Shown here piece by piece: positions 42,565 to 50,727 of a DNA stretch of 64,000 nucleotides. The position numbers were made by a program, and so were the translations under genes. Source of the stretch: Thermodesulfobacteriota bacterium (GTDB lineage Bacteria; Desulfobacterota; Desulfobaccia; Desulfobaccales; 0-14-0-80-60-11). The notes below the pieces were generated by a model. The model saw only the letters and a list, made by a program, of their open reading frames with translations. It was not told the DNA's origin and made no database searches. The number at the start of each line of letters is the position of its first letter. Position 1 is the first letter of the stretch. Location: assembly GCA_040756315.1 (NCBI GenBank), contig JBFLZI010000001.1, positions 2,461-66,460 of the forward strand. The letters are read 5' to 3'.

Positions 42565-43110
42565 ATGGGATTCGTTGACCACAACGACCAATGCCCTGCC
42601 TGCGGGCAGCGCAAAACCGAAAGCGAGATAGCCGGGGCCTTCTGTCGCTACTGCGGCTGGCTGGAATCGGTTATTACCTCCGGCCCCTGGGAGGACTTAG
42701 AAAAAGACCCCGACCAGTATGGAGGATATCTACTGCCGCAGGCAGCACAAGAGCAAGATTCTTGGGCTGATGAACCAGTGATGAAGCCCGATGGCTATGG
42801 AGACGAAGAGGCGGCAGAGAATGAGGCAGAGTTACGATATGAGATCGCCCGCCTCCATGACCGCAACAACGCCCGTATGATGAGCGCAGTGCCGGAGTTC
42901 TGGACGCTTTATCAACTGGCGCAGCAAATGATCGAGATGGAACTTCGCCAAAAGGGACGGGACGGCGTAACTCTCTTAGATTATGTGGTGGCTGCCCCCC
43001 TTTGGGGCCGTTTTAAACAGGCGGTTCAAGCTGTGGCGATAACCAGGATAGCCAACCTGGAAACCAAAATCCCCGCAAATTCTTTAGCGAGTGGAGAGCA
43101 GGAGATATGA
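42565..43110 (+). CDS. zinc-ribbon-containing early protein
   Basis: ATG 9 nt after AAAGGAG. Contains CPACG...CRYCG. Confidence 0.45.
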   Translation: MGFVDHNDQCPACGQRKTESEIAGAFCRYCGWLESVITSGPWEDLEKDPDQYGGYLLPQAAQEQDSWADEPVMKPDGYGDEEAAENEAELRYEIARLHDRNNARMMSAVPEFWTLYQLAQQMIEMELRQKGRDGVTLLDYVVAAPLWGRFKQAVQAVAITRIANLETKIPANSLASGEQEI

Positions 43111-43113
43111 CCC

Positions 43114-43299
43114 ATGACCTGGCTTTTAAAACTATCCAGCCATGAGTTTTTGGACGAAGTGCTGCGTTATGACACCTATCAGGAAGCCTGCGAAGGCGCG
43201 GTCCGCATTTTTCAATCTTCGGCGGAATTAAATGACGGGATTGAAAGAACTGTGGAAATTATAAAGGCCCCGGCAGAGGGCAATGCGGAGGAGAATTAA
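43114..43299 (+). CDS. hypothetical early protein
   Basis: 61-aa ORF, tightly packed. Confidence 0.4.
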   Translation: MTWLLKLSSHEFLDEVLRYDTYQEACEGAVRIFQSSAELNDGIERTVEIIKAPAEGNAEEN

Positions 43300-43301
43300 T
43301 C

Positions 43302-43610
43302 ATGACCGATAAATATTTGCCCGGCCCCTATGATGTTGATGCCCCTCTTAATCCTGACAGTGCCAAGCGGATAACCGTCAGACGCCAAGGGGTAGCGGTG
43401 GCCGTAGTTTATGGCAGGAAAAGGGGGGAGGCCCTAGCGACGGCCCGCCTCATCGCCGCGGTCCCGGCACTGCTCGCCGCGTGTGAATGGGCAGCCTGCT
43501 CCACCCACCATCCTACCTGCCGATGCACCGAGGAACCCGACATCGGGCAGTGTGATTGCCATGTGGAGGCAGCCCGGAAAGCCATTGCCAAAGTCAAGGG
43601 ACAGCCATGA
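43302..43610 (+). CDS. hypothetical Cys/His-rich early protein
   Basis: 102-aa ORF. Confidence 0.45.
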   Translation: MTDKYLPGPYDVDAPLNPDSAKRITVRRQGVAVAVVYGRKRGEALATARLIAAVPALLAACEWAACSTHHPTCRCTEEPDIGQCDCHVEAARKAIAKVKGQP

Positions 43611-43897
43611 AAGAACTGAGCTTCAAGCTTAAAGGCGACTGGCAAACCCGCCGGGTCTGGCTGAATGGACGCGAGCTCCGCCCCGGCCCCAGCCAGAAGG
43701 TCTGGAATCATAGCCCGGACGGGTTCAATTGGGGCTATGGCGGCTCCGGGCCCGCGCAGCTATCGCTGGCCATCCTGTTAAAACTCTGTCCCAAGGAGAT
43801 AGCCCTTAACCACTATCAAGCCTTTAAACGGAAGGTAATCGCCAACCTTCCTCACGCGGATTTTTGGCTTCAAATCCATTATGAATTCCCGGATTAA
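43607..43897 (+). CDS. conserved phage protein with SPDGFNWGYGGSGPAQL motif (DUF6166-like as I recall)
   Basis: ATGA overlap with the previous gene. 96 aa. Confidence 0.5.
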   Translation: MKELSFKLKGDWQTRRVWLNGRELRPGPSQKVWNHSPDGFNWGYGGSGPAQLSLAILLKLCPKEIALNHYQAFKRKVIANLPHADFWLQIHYEFPD

Positions 43898-43969
43898 TCC
43901 CCGACTCCAGGCCCGGCCCGTCCGGTGTTTGCCCTGGGTGATTAATTTCCATCACCCAGAAAAGGAGGT

Positions 43970-44296
43970 ATGACCACCATGAGCGAACCCAAAGGAATCA
44001 ATCTTCGGTATTTAACCCAGGGCATGATTAAGCTTGGCCCCGATCAATTACCGGAAAACTTCTTCACGTGGGACCGGACCGCCCAAATCAAGTGGGTTGA
44101 AGAATACTGGCTAAAACTCACTTGGGAAGACCTTCTCGCCGGTATTCAATATCTCGGAGAGGATGAGGACTTCTTTCTTGACTGCATCGAGGTGGAGGAT
44201 GAGGATCAATATCCCATCCTGGCCAAAACCCCGGCCTGGCAGAGTTTCATGGCTGAAGACAGCCAAATTCTAGAACCTGTCGAAGAAAGGAGCTAA
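43970..44296 (+). CDS. hypothetical acidic early protein
   Basis: 108-aa ORF. An alternative ATG lies at 43979. Confidence 0.45.
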   Translation: MTTMSEPKGINLRYLTQGMIKLGPDQLPENFFTWDRTAQIKWVEEYWLKLTWEDLLAGIQYLGEDEDFFLDCIEVEDEDQYPILAKTPAWQSFMAEDSQILEPVEERS

Positions 44297-44299
44297 CCC

Positions 44300-44929
44300 A
44301 TGTCCTTCACCCACGAACAAATTAGGGACTATCTGGCAAAGGAAGGAAGCGAATGCCCCTTTTGCGGCTCGAAAGAAATTGCCGCGATTGCCAACACTGA
44401 TGATTACGAAGGCGAATTTGAGGCCATTTGGGAGAACGAGGTAAAGAGAGAACTCGTTTGTTCTTCCTGCAAGAAGTCCTGGCGGGAGTATTACAAACTC
44501 CGGGACATCGAAGAACTGGACGAATACGGCTGCGCTATTCCCAATGAGGAGGTCCAGGCCCAGGCCCAGGAAGAACCCACGCCCACCGTTTTGATAGGCG
44601 TGCATGGAGGCAACATTGATAATGTGGCAGCCAGCATTCCCATTCGGGTGCTTATTTTGGACTATGACAAGAACTTCGATCCCCTCCGGGAAGAGCCGGA
44701 GGCCGCAGTGGTTATTGACAAAATCTGCTTCACTTTGCGAGATTGGGAACCCACAGGAGACCAAGACGAACGGGAAGCGATAGCCCGCATCCTGCGGCTG
44801 CTGGACTTGCCTCGGTGCGATGTCTGCCGCGGCCCCCGCGTCAATGAGAGCCTGGAACAATTTGACGGCTATATCACGGACGAGGACCATGAGACCAGAC
44901 GCTGTTTCTTGTGCGCCTCCAATGACTAA
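44300..44929 (+). CDS. zinc-ribbon-containing early protein
   Basis: CPFCG...CSSCKK and CDVC...CFLC. 209 aa. The antisense 223-aa track ORF is rejected. Confidence 0.5.
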   Translation: MSFTHEQIRDYLAKEGSECPFCGSKEIAAIANTDDYEGEFEAIWENEVKRELVCSSCKKSWREYYKLRDIEELDEYGCAIPNEEVQAQAQEEPTPTVLIGVHGGNIDNVAASIPIRVLILDYDKNFDPLREEPEAAVVIDKICFTLRDWEPTGDQDEREAIARILRLLDLPRCDVCRGPRVNESLEQFDGYITDEDHETRRCFLCASND

Positions 44930-44988
44930 CCCATGAACCACTCTGGGAGGGAGGCCCCGGCCTCCCTCCGCCCCTCGGAGCCAAAACC

Positions 44989-45585
44989 ATGTCCAGACGC
45001 ATTCCCCAGGTCCTGACCGCGGCAGAGCAAAGGCGCCTTCTGGCCCGGTTCGACCCGAACGACTTTTATGAACTGCGCAACCTTTGCCTGGTGCGCCTCA
45101 TGCTCAACGCCGGACTCCGGGCCTCCGAAGCCCTGGGGGTCAAGGTCCAGGACCTCAACTGGCAGACCGGCAAGCTGCGCGTCCGGGGCAAGGGCAAAAA
45201 GGAGCGAATCGTCTGGATCAGGATGAAAAGAAAAAAGGGAAGGAATAACGGTCTGGCCGACGGGGAGGTGTTAAGGCTGTGGCGGGACAGGTTCTGGCAG
45301 GACCTGCCGGTGGAGGACCTGCTCTTCCCCACCCGCCAAGGCCGCTCCCTTTCCGACCGCTACCTGCGCAAGGTGGTAAAGGAGGCCGGACTCAAGGCCG
45401 GGATCGCCACCGAGGTGCATCCCCACCTGCTGCGCCACACCTTTGCCACGGACCTCCTGCGCAAGACCAGGAACCTGCGCCTCACCCAGAAGGCCCTGGG
45501 CCACTCCCAGATCACCTCCACCCAAATCTACACCCACATCGTGGACGACGAACTGGAAGAGGCCCTCAAGACCCTGCGGGATTGA
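44989..45585 (+). CDS. small tyrosine recombinase (catalytic domain only, FimB/FimE-size)
   Basis: LRASEAL (Arg), HLLRHTFAT (H-x-x-R), GHSQITSTQIYTH (His/Tyr). 198 aa with no N-terminal core-binding domain. Confidence 0.7.
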   Translation: MSRRIPQVLTAAEQRRLLARFDPNDFYELRNLCLVRLMLNAGLRASEALGVKVQDLNWQTGKLRVRGKGKKERIVWIRMKRKKGRNNGLADGEVLRLWRDRFWQDLPVEDLLFPTRQGRSLSDRYLRKVVKEAGLKAGIATEVHPHLLRHTFATDLLRKTRNLRLTQKALGHSQITSTQIYTHIVDDELEEALKTLRD

Positions 45586-45613
45586 ATTTGTGGGATGCTG
45601 TGAATAATTAAAA

Positions 45614-45805
45614 CTATATGTTTGGACTTGGCGAATTATTTTCCTTGCTTCTAGCTTTTATCCTTCTTAATAGAACACGTAGGCAGAAAATGAAGCCGCA
45701 AATTCCTCCTAAAGCCATTCCCACTAAAGCCTTTTCAGCAACACCTTCGGTAAGGTTTCTTTTCTGTGTTTTCGGGTTTATTGGTTGTTGGGAAATGGAC
45801 ATCAT
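45614..45805 (-). CDS. small membrane protein (possibly the 3' part of a frameshifted 110-codon gene reaching 45936)
   Basis: TM helix ALVGMALGGICGFIFCLRVLL. Low-GC locus. See the finding on the A5 run. Confidence 0.4.
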   Translation of the reverse strand: MMSISQQPINPKTQKRNLTEGVAEKALVGMALGGICGFIFCLRVLLRRIKARSKENNSPSPNI

Positions 45806-45993
45806 CTTAGAATTATCTGCCTGGAAATCCGGTGGTGTCCAAAATTCCTTAATTTTTTGGTTCTTTACCTCTTTAATAGTCCAGTTGATTTGTTCTTTTA
45901 GAGGATGCCATCGTTTTTGAGCCTGGTTAATTTCATGTATTCCCCTCCCGTTAGGAGGCCGGGGCCATCCCCCGGCCCCCCTTCATCTTGGAC

Positions 45994-46281
45994 TCAGACC
46001 CCCCGCACCAACTTCTTCAGGCTCTCGGACGGCTTGAACCGCACCTGCCGGCGCGGCGGCACCGTGATGGTTCTGGCCGGACTAGGGCCCAGATTGTTGG
46101 GCATCACGCGGCCCGCCGCCCGCTTCACCGTAAAGATGCCCAACCCTGGCACCGCCACCCTCTCATTGGCATTAAGGGCCGTGGTCAACTCGTCCACCCA
46201 GATTCCCAACACCTCCCTGGCCAGCCGTTGGGAAATTTCCGCCCGCTGCGCCACCGCCTTAACCAAATCACCATGTTTCAT
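45994..46281 (-). CDS. HU/IHF-family DNA-binding protein
   Basis: 95 aa. LVKAVAQRAEISQRLAREVL...VPGLGIFTVKR...VRFKPSESLKK follows the HU pattern. Confidence 0.6.
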   Translation of the reverse strand: MKHGDLVKAVAQRAEISQRLAREVLGIWVDELTTALNANERVAVPGLGIFTVKRAAGRVMPNNLGPSPARTITVPPRRQVRFKPSESLKKLVRGV

Positions 46282-46317
46282 GACGTCCTCCTTGTTTTTG
46301 CCGGGTTTAATACCCGG

Positions 46318-47118
46318 CTATTTCCCCGAAATCCGCCGGTCTCGCCCCGTTATCTCATAGATGCCGCCCATTGCCAAAATTCGACTTCCCAGACGGTTGC
46401 CGTGGGTGCCGTAATGTCTTTCCAGGCCCTCCAAAGAGAGGTTGCTGGTGATGATGGTGGGTAGTTCCTCCACATAGCGGCGATCAATCAAGTCATAAAG
46501 AGTCTGCAATACCCATTCCGTAACTTTTTCGGCCCCCATGTCGTCGATTACCAGCAGGGGAATCTGTTGACCATAAGTGCGGAGTATTGCCATCTCGGAG
46601 TCAGTGGCCTGCTCGTCAAAACTGTGGCGGATCTCTTTAAACAAATCCACGGTGCGGACAAACTTCCCGTGATTTTGCCCTTTGTCAATAAGGGCTTCCC
46701 GGAGAATGGCCACCGCCAGGTGGGTTTTGCCCACGCCCGGCGGCCCATAGATAAAGCTCGGACACCTTTTAGGGCGAGGACCCTCGAAATTGTCAAAAGA
46801 ACATGGCAAATACCGCTTAGGAACCCCGGACCGAGAGAGAATCTCGGTAATATTCTTTGCCCTAAATATCCGGGCCTTCTCCCGGCGTTCCTCCTCTGCC
46901 TTCTGTTGTTTGGCCTCCACTAAAGGTTCGCACTCGGTGCAGTATTCACCTTTGGGTCCCCTAATCTTAGTTCCAGCCACCTGGAGGGACATGATTTCCA
47001 CCTTCAGCTGTTGGCAGCGTTTGCACAGGGCAAACTCAGGAGGTCTCAATTCGCTGGACGACCGCCGCGTATTTGCCGCCAGAGGGGGCGTTTGTTCCTT
47101 CGGGTCCTTTTTTGTCAT
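46318..47118 (-). CDS. DnaC/IstB-like AAA+ helicase loader
   Basis: Walker A GPPGVGKTHLA, Walker B LLVIDDMG. N-terminal CKRC...CTEC zinc ribbon. GGGAGGG precedes the ATG. Confidence 0.75.
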   Translation of the reverse strand: MTKKDPKEQTPPLAANTRRSSSELRPPEFALCKRCQQLKVEIMSLQVAGTKIRGPKGEYCTECEPLVEAKQQKAEEERREKARIFRAKNITEILSRSGVPKRYLPCSFDNFEGPRPKRCPSFIYGPPGVGKTHLAVAILREALIDKGQNHGKFVRTVDLFKEIRHSFDEQATDSEMAILRTYGQQIPLLVIDDMGAEKVTEWVLQTLYDLIDRRYVEELPTIITSNLSLEGLERHYGTHGNRLGSRILAMGGIYEITGRDRRISGK

Positions 47119-47896
47119 ATTTACCCTCCCATACCTTAGCGTGGTTATCGTCGTTCTTAGTAAGCCAGTCGAAGTCTGCTCCCCTGCCGCTGTTCCAAGG
47201 TTTCCCCGAGCCGTTCAAAAAGGGGCTGGCCTTTACTTTGTTGAAGACCTCCAGCCAGTAGCCGCGGGTGGCATTGTGTTCCAAACGCGCCTTGGCTTTA
47301 TCCAAACGCTTCTTGGTGACCTGGACGGGGCGTTTCATGGAAGGGATGGGCCAGACTTCATTAAAAAGCTCGATCAAACCCCGTGGGGTAAGAGTCGGCG
47401 GGTCCGAAGTGCCAACTTCGGACAAAGTAGTGTTCGCTAGAACACTACTCTCTTTACTTCTCTTCTCTTTACTTCTCTTCTCTTTAGCCGGAGTTCTCCC
47501 GGAGTTGTCCGGGAGTTCTCCGGGAGTAGTCCCGGAGTCGTCCGGGAGTGGTTCGGGAGGTGGGGGATATATTGATTTACCTTCTTTTTCCGGCCTTAAG
47601 GTCTGGTTCTTCTTGAAGCCGGGATATTGAATCACCCAGCGTCCATCCACCCGGTAACGCCAAATGAGGCCGAGACGCTCCGCATCCTGAAAGAAGTCTA
47701 ACACCACCTCCTGAGTGACATGGTCCAACATGGGCGCCACGGCAGCCTTAAATTCCCGTGGGTCACCGGATATTCTGCCTTCGATGTCCAAGTGAGCAAT
47801 GCCTACGGTAAACAGAAGACGGTGGGTGTCGGTTTTAAGGTCAGCCCACCGCACGTCAATACTGATTTTCTTTTTCAGCATCCTCCCTTCAGCCAT
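47036..47896 (-). CDS. replication initiator / replisome organiser
   Basis: Start at the ATG overlapping the upstream stop (TGATG). N-terminal winged-helix-like segment (GLIWRYRVDGRWVIQYPGFKKNQ). The iteron array lies inside the gene. Confidence 0.55.
   Translation of the reverse strand: MAEGRMLKKKISIDVRWADLKTDTHRLLFTVGIAHLDIEGRISGDPREFKAAVAPMLDHVTQEVVLDFFQDAERLGLIWRYRVDGRWVIQYPGFKKNQTLRPEKEGKSIYPPPPEPLPDDSGTTPGELPDNSGRTPAKEKRSKEKRSKESSVLANTTLSEVGTSDPPTLTPRGLIELFNEVWPIPSMKRPVQVTKKRLDKAKARLEHNATRGYWLEVFNKVKASPFLNGSGKPWNSGRGADFDWLTKNDDNHAKVWEGKYDKKGPEGTNAPSGGKYAAVVQRIETS
47404..47448. repeat. two adjacent perfect inverted repeats
   Basis: CCGAAGT-gcca-ACTTCGG (47404-47421) and GTAGTGTTC-gcta-GAACACTAC (47427-47448). 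Confidence 0.8.
47451..47486. repeat. 15-bp tandem repeat (tctttacttctcttc x2 plus partial)
   Basis: Read directly. Encodes KEKRS repeats on the minus strand. Confidence 0.8.
47494..47559. repeat. six tandem 11-bp iterons (nnnTCCsGGAG), putative replication origin
   Basis: ttctcccggag, ttgtccgggag, ttctccgggag, tagtcccggag, tcgtccgggag, tggttcgggag. The period is not a multiple of 3. An AT-rich stretch follows at 47566-47600. Confidence 0.65.
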
Positions 47897-48420
47897 CAGT
47901 GCCGCCTCTCCGGGTTTTCCAACTGCTCTGCCGAGCGCACCCAGCACAGGGATTTGAAGGCGTGTAAAATGGAAGGCAAAACCGAGTGAGGCACCGGAAA
48001 GGTCACTATGCCCCATTGCCGGGCCAATTCCTCAAAGTTTCTCCACCGAAAGGTCTTGCCTTTTTCAAAACCGTGGGGCGGGGGGCCCCCGAAAAACAAC
48101 AGCACGTCACAGCCCGCCACCGCCTCCCACCAGGGCAGCAGCGCCTCCATGTCAAAGGCCAGCAGTTCCGTCTGCTGTATTTCCGGGAAATGCAGCTTGA
48201 GCAAAAAACTCACCGGCCAGGGCGACCCCAGGTCCAGAAGGCCCAATTCCACCTGGCATTCCACCCGGCCCCGGCCCACCAGGCCGGTGATGGGCAGGCA
48301 ATTAAAAACCGCCGCCCTCCTGTCCTTATCGTCTTGAGCGCCGATAATAAAACAGGAGGCCGGCGGCACGTAAAAAAGCCGGCGCAACAGGTCGGGATGG
48401 AGAGCTAAAGGCTCAAGCAT
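47896..48420 (-). CDS. hypothetical replication-module protein
   Basis: 174-aa ORF. Confidence 0.5.
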   Translation of the reverse strand: MLEPLALHPDLLRRLFYVPPASCFIIGAQDDKDRRAAVFNCLPITGLVGRGRVECQVELGLLDLGSPWPVSFLLKLHFPEIQQTELLAFDMEALLPWWEAVAGCDVLLFFGGPPPHGFEKGKTFRWRNFEELARQWGIVTFPVPHSVLPSILHAFKSLCWVRSAEQLENPERRH

Positions 48421-48426
48421 CGGTTC

Positions 48427-48780
48427 CTAGAAGGGCACGTCCTCGGGAGGTTCGTCCTTCGGGGCAGGTCCTATCATCTTCATCTCCTGGATCACCACCT
48501 CGGTGCTGGTGCGCTTCTGCCCGTCTTTTTCCCAGTTCCGGTAGGTTATCTGCCCCCTGACCAGGATCAGCGACCCTTTCCGCAGCCATTGGCAGCAAAT
48601 CTCCGCCAGCTTGCCCCAAGCCACCAGCCGGTGCCATTCGGTCTGGGTCACCCGTTCCCCGTCCTTGACCCAGGACTCGGAAGTGGCCAGGGAAAAGGTG
48701 GTCACCGCCCGGCCGCCGCTGGAATGGCGCAGTTCCGGATCGTGCCCCAGATAACCCACCAGAATGGCTTGATTGAACAT
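48427..48780 (-). CDS. ssb: single-stranded DNA-binding protein
   Basis: OB-fold pattern NQAILVGYLGHDPELR...TEWHRLVAWGKLAE and an acidic tip ...PPEDVPF. Confidence 0.8.
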   Translation of the reverse strand: MFNQAILVGYLGHDPELRHSSGGRAVTTFSLATSESWVKDGERVTQTEWHRLVAWGKLAEICCQWLRKGSLILVRGQITYRNWEKDGQKRTSTEVVIQEMKMIGPAPKDEPPEDVPF

Positions 48781-48789
48781 GTCCCCGGT

Positions 48790-48936
48790 TCACAGCCACA
48801 AAAGCAACTCGTCCATTTCGGCCAGCAGCTTCTCCAGGACCCGGCAGGCCAGGCCAAGCAAGCCCACAACTCCGGCCACCAGCGTGGCCGCCGACCACAC
48901 CACCAGCCGGGCTAAAAACCTCAATAGCCTAATCAT
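48790..48936 (-). CDS. 48-aa hydrophobic peptide (below the track cutoff)
   Basis: MIRLLRFLARLVVWSAATLVAGVVGLLGLACRVLEKLLAEMDELLLWL. Fills the Cro-SSB gap. Confidence 0.3.
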   Translation of the reverse strand: MIRLLRFLARLVVWSAATLVAGVVGLLGLACRVLEKLLAEMDELLLWL

Positions 48937-49189
48937 TTTCTTTCCTTGGAGATTTTTTTCTGAGTTTTTTGAGGACTTTTTTGCGGGGCTGACACAGATA
49001 GGGAATAAGAACTTCCAACTCCGGCAGCAGGTCCAAAAGATGAAAGGCCCCTTGGGTGATCTCCACCAGTTTGATGGCCTTTTTCCAACTCAGGCGCCTT
49101 TTCCCCTGATTTACCCGCACCAGGTGACTTTTATCCAGACCCAGGGACTGGGCATAGCTCACGGGAATCTTCATAGGTTTTAAAGCCAT
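48929..49189 (-). CDS. Cro-like HTH regulator
   Basis: YAQSLGLDKSHLVRVNQGKRRLSWKKAIKL. Divergent from the CI-like gene. Confidence 0.6.
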   Translation of the reverse strand: MALKPMKIPVSYAQSLGLDKSHLVRVNQGKRRLSWKKAIKLVEITQGAFHLLDLLPELEVLIPYLCQPRKKVLKKLRKKSPRKEND

Positions 49190-49195
49190 GCTCCG

Positions 49196-49224
49196 AAAAT
49201 ATGCTCATTTAGCATATTAGTCAA
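49196..49224 (-). promoter_or_regulatory. promoter of the Cro-like gene with embedded operator
   Basis: Minus strand TTGACT (49219-49224), 17 nt, TATTTT (49196-49201). The ATG lies 6 nt further on, so the mRNA is probably leaderless. The spacer holds the inverted repeat ATATGCT-N5-AGCATAT (49199-49217). Confidence 0.5.
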
Positions 49225-49311
49225 GAAATTTTAGTCCTCATGAAAATTTCCGATTAAACCAAAAGCTGGATATATTACCTTGCAAGATATACAAAAAGCC
49301 GATTTTCTCTA

Positions 49312-49340
49312 TTGACAGGAGGGTGACTATTGGTCATATT
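49312..49340 (+). promoter_or_regulatory. candidate promoter of the CI-like gene
   Basis: TTGACA (49312-49317), 17 nt, CATATT (49335-49340). Confidence 0.45.
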
Positions 49341-49370
49341 AAAAAAAATCCTTTGATAACTTATTTTGAT

Positions 49371-50018
49371 ATGTCCTCACTCCCTGCCAAAAAGGCCAGC
49401 AAAAAAAGCCTCACCAGCGAAGAGCGGCGCATTACCACCCGCATTCTGGCTGCCATGGCCGACAAGGGAATAAAGCAGGTAGAGCTGGCCAAGTACGCCG
49501 GGATACATCAGACCCATCTCTCCCGCATCCTCAAAGGAGAAAGGGGGTGGACCTACGCCAACACCCGCAAGGTGGCCAAAGCCCTGGATATGCGCTTAAG
49601 CGACCTGCTCCAGGACGAGGCCCCTTGCCTGCCGGTGTTCGCCGAAATCAGCCATGGCCGATTTGACTATAGTCTTGTGGAAGCCGGAGAAGGGAAGGGA
49701 CTTTATGAAGTTCCCTGCCCTCTGGCACTAGGAGGGGTCATGCTTGCCAAAATTTACGCCCTGCCCATCCAGGAGGAGCATTTAGGCCCCTGGAGGCGCG
49801 GCACCATACTCTTTGCCCAAAAGGACACCGCCGAGGAAATCCAGGATGGAGACTTGGTGATTTATGTGGATCAGAACAACCAGGGGATAATCGGCAAAAT
49901 CGCCATACCTCCCAAAGGCAACCTGAAATTGACTCTCCTGGACCCAGACCACCCCCCACTGGAACTGCCGCGCAAACACTTGAAATCCATGGATCGCATC
50001 GTTGCCGCCTTGTTTTAA
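49371..50018 (+). CDS. CI/LexA-like repressor (HTH + S24-like C-terminal domain)
   Basis: HTH KQVELAKYAGIHQTHLSRILKGER. The C-terminal domain has QEEH where GDSM is expected. The track start GTG 49323 lies inside the predicted promoter, so ATG 49371 is preferred. Confidence 0.65.
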   Translation: MSSLPAKKASKKSLTSEERRITTRILAAMADKGIKQVELAKYAGIHQTHLSRILKGERGWTYANTRKVAKALDMRLSDLLQDEAPCLPVFAEISHGRFDYSLVEAGEGKGLYEVPCPLALGGVMLAKIYALPIQEEHLGPWRRGTILFAQKDTAEEIQDGDLVIYVDQNNQGIIGKIAIPPKGNLKLTLLDPDHPPLELPRKHLKSMDRIVAALF

Positions 50019-50055
50019 CACCCGGCAAATTTTTTTCTTGACAGATATGACAAAA

Positions 50056-50074
50056 TAGCATACTCAATATGCTA
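50056..50074. promoter_or_regulatory. operator-like inverted repeat TAGCATA-N5-TATGCTA
   Basis: Uses the same hexamers (AGCATA/TATGCT) as 49199-49217. Lies downstream of a TTGACA at 50038-50043. Confidence 0.45.
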
Positions 50075-50100
50075 AAACAATAAGGAGGAAGGGAAACAGT

Positions 50101-50727
50101 TTGATAAATATTAAGGTGTCCCATGAAGCCAAGCGGGGCTGCGGGTTCCGCAAAGCCGGCGGCCTTTATCTGGTGGCCCCCGGTGACGGCCAGCCCTGCT
50201 GCAAGCTCCCTTTTAAGCTGGACGTTTGCCCCACCTGCCACGCCGGTATCAAGCCCGCCCGGGGCTGGACCTGGGTGGATGGGGACGCCCTTCTCGGCAA
50301 TGCCGAGTGCATCGATACCACCAAAATTTTCTGCCCCGCCGCCAGCCCCAACATGGGTCAGGCGGGCCTCCTCTGGATAGGCGAAAAGCATTATCCCACC
50401 GTCGTTGACTTCCAGCAGGAGGCTGCGGCCATGGGCATCTCCCGCCGCATTCCCACCCTGCCCCGGGGGTTTGTCCTGGGAAAGACCTGGGTCTTTCTGG
50501 CCCACCGCAAGGCCGTCTACTTGGGTCATACAGGTTCCGCTTCCGAGTATAGCGGACCTGAAGAGCATTTCTATGCCCCCGGCATCTTCCGCATCTTCAA
50601 ACCCACCGCGGTGGAATATGTGGTGCGGGGAGACGAAACCGAGGAAGAACTTCAGAAACTCCGGGACCGGGGGATTACCCCGGTGAAGGTGGTCCCCCTT
50701 GCGGAAGCACCGGACGAAGCGGCGTAG
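50101..50727 (+). CDS. conserved phage protein, unknown function
   Basis: 208 aa, TTG start after AAGGAGG. Has a Cys cluster CCK...CPTC. Confidence 0.5.
   Translation: MINIKVSHEAKRGCGFRKAGGLYLVAPGDGQPCCKLPFKLDVCPTCHAGIKPARGWTWVDGDALLGNAECIDTTKIFCPAASPNMGQAGLLWIGEKHYPTVVDFQQEAAAMGISRRIPTLPRGFVLGKTWVFLAHRKAVYLGHTGSASEYSGPEEHFYAPGIFRIFKPTAVEYVVRGDETEEELQKLRDRGITPVKVVPLAEAPDEAA

Noticed and set aside
44270-44941. 223-aa minus-strand ORF antisense to 44300-44929
   Set aside because: The plus-strand product has zinc-ribbon CxxC pairs, an acidic balanced composition and operon context. The antisense product is low-complexity and hydrophobic with no start context.
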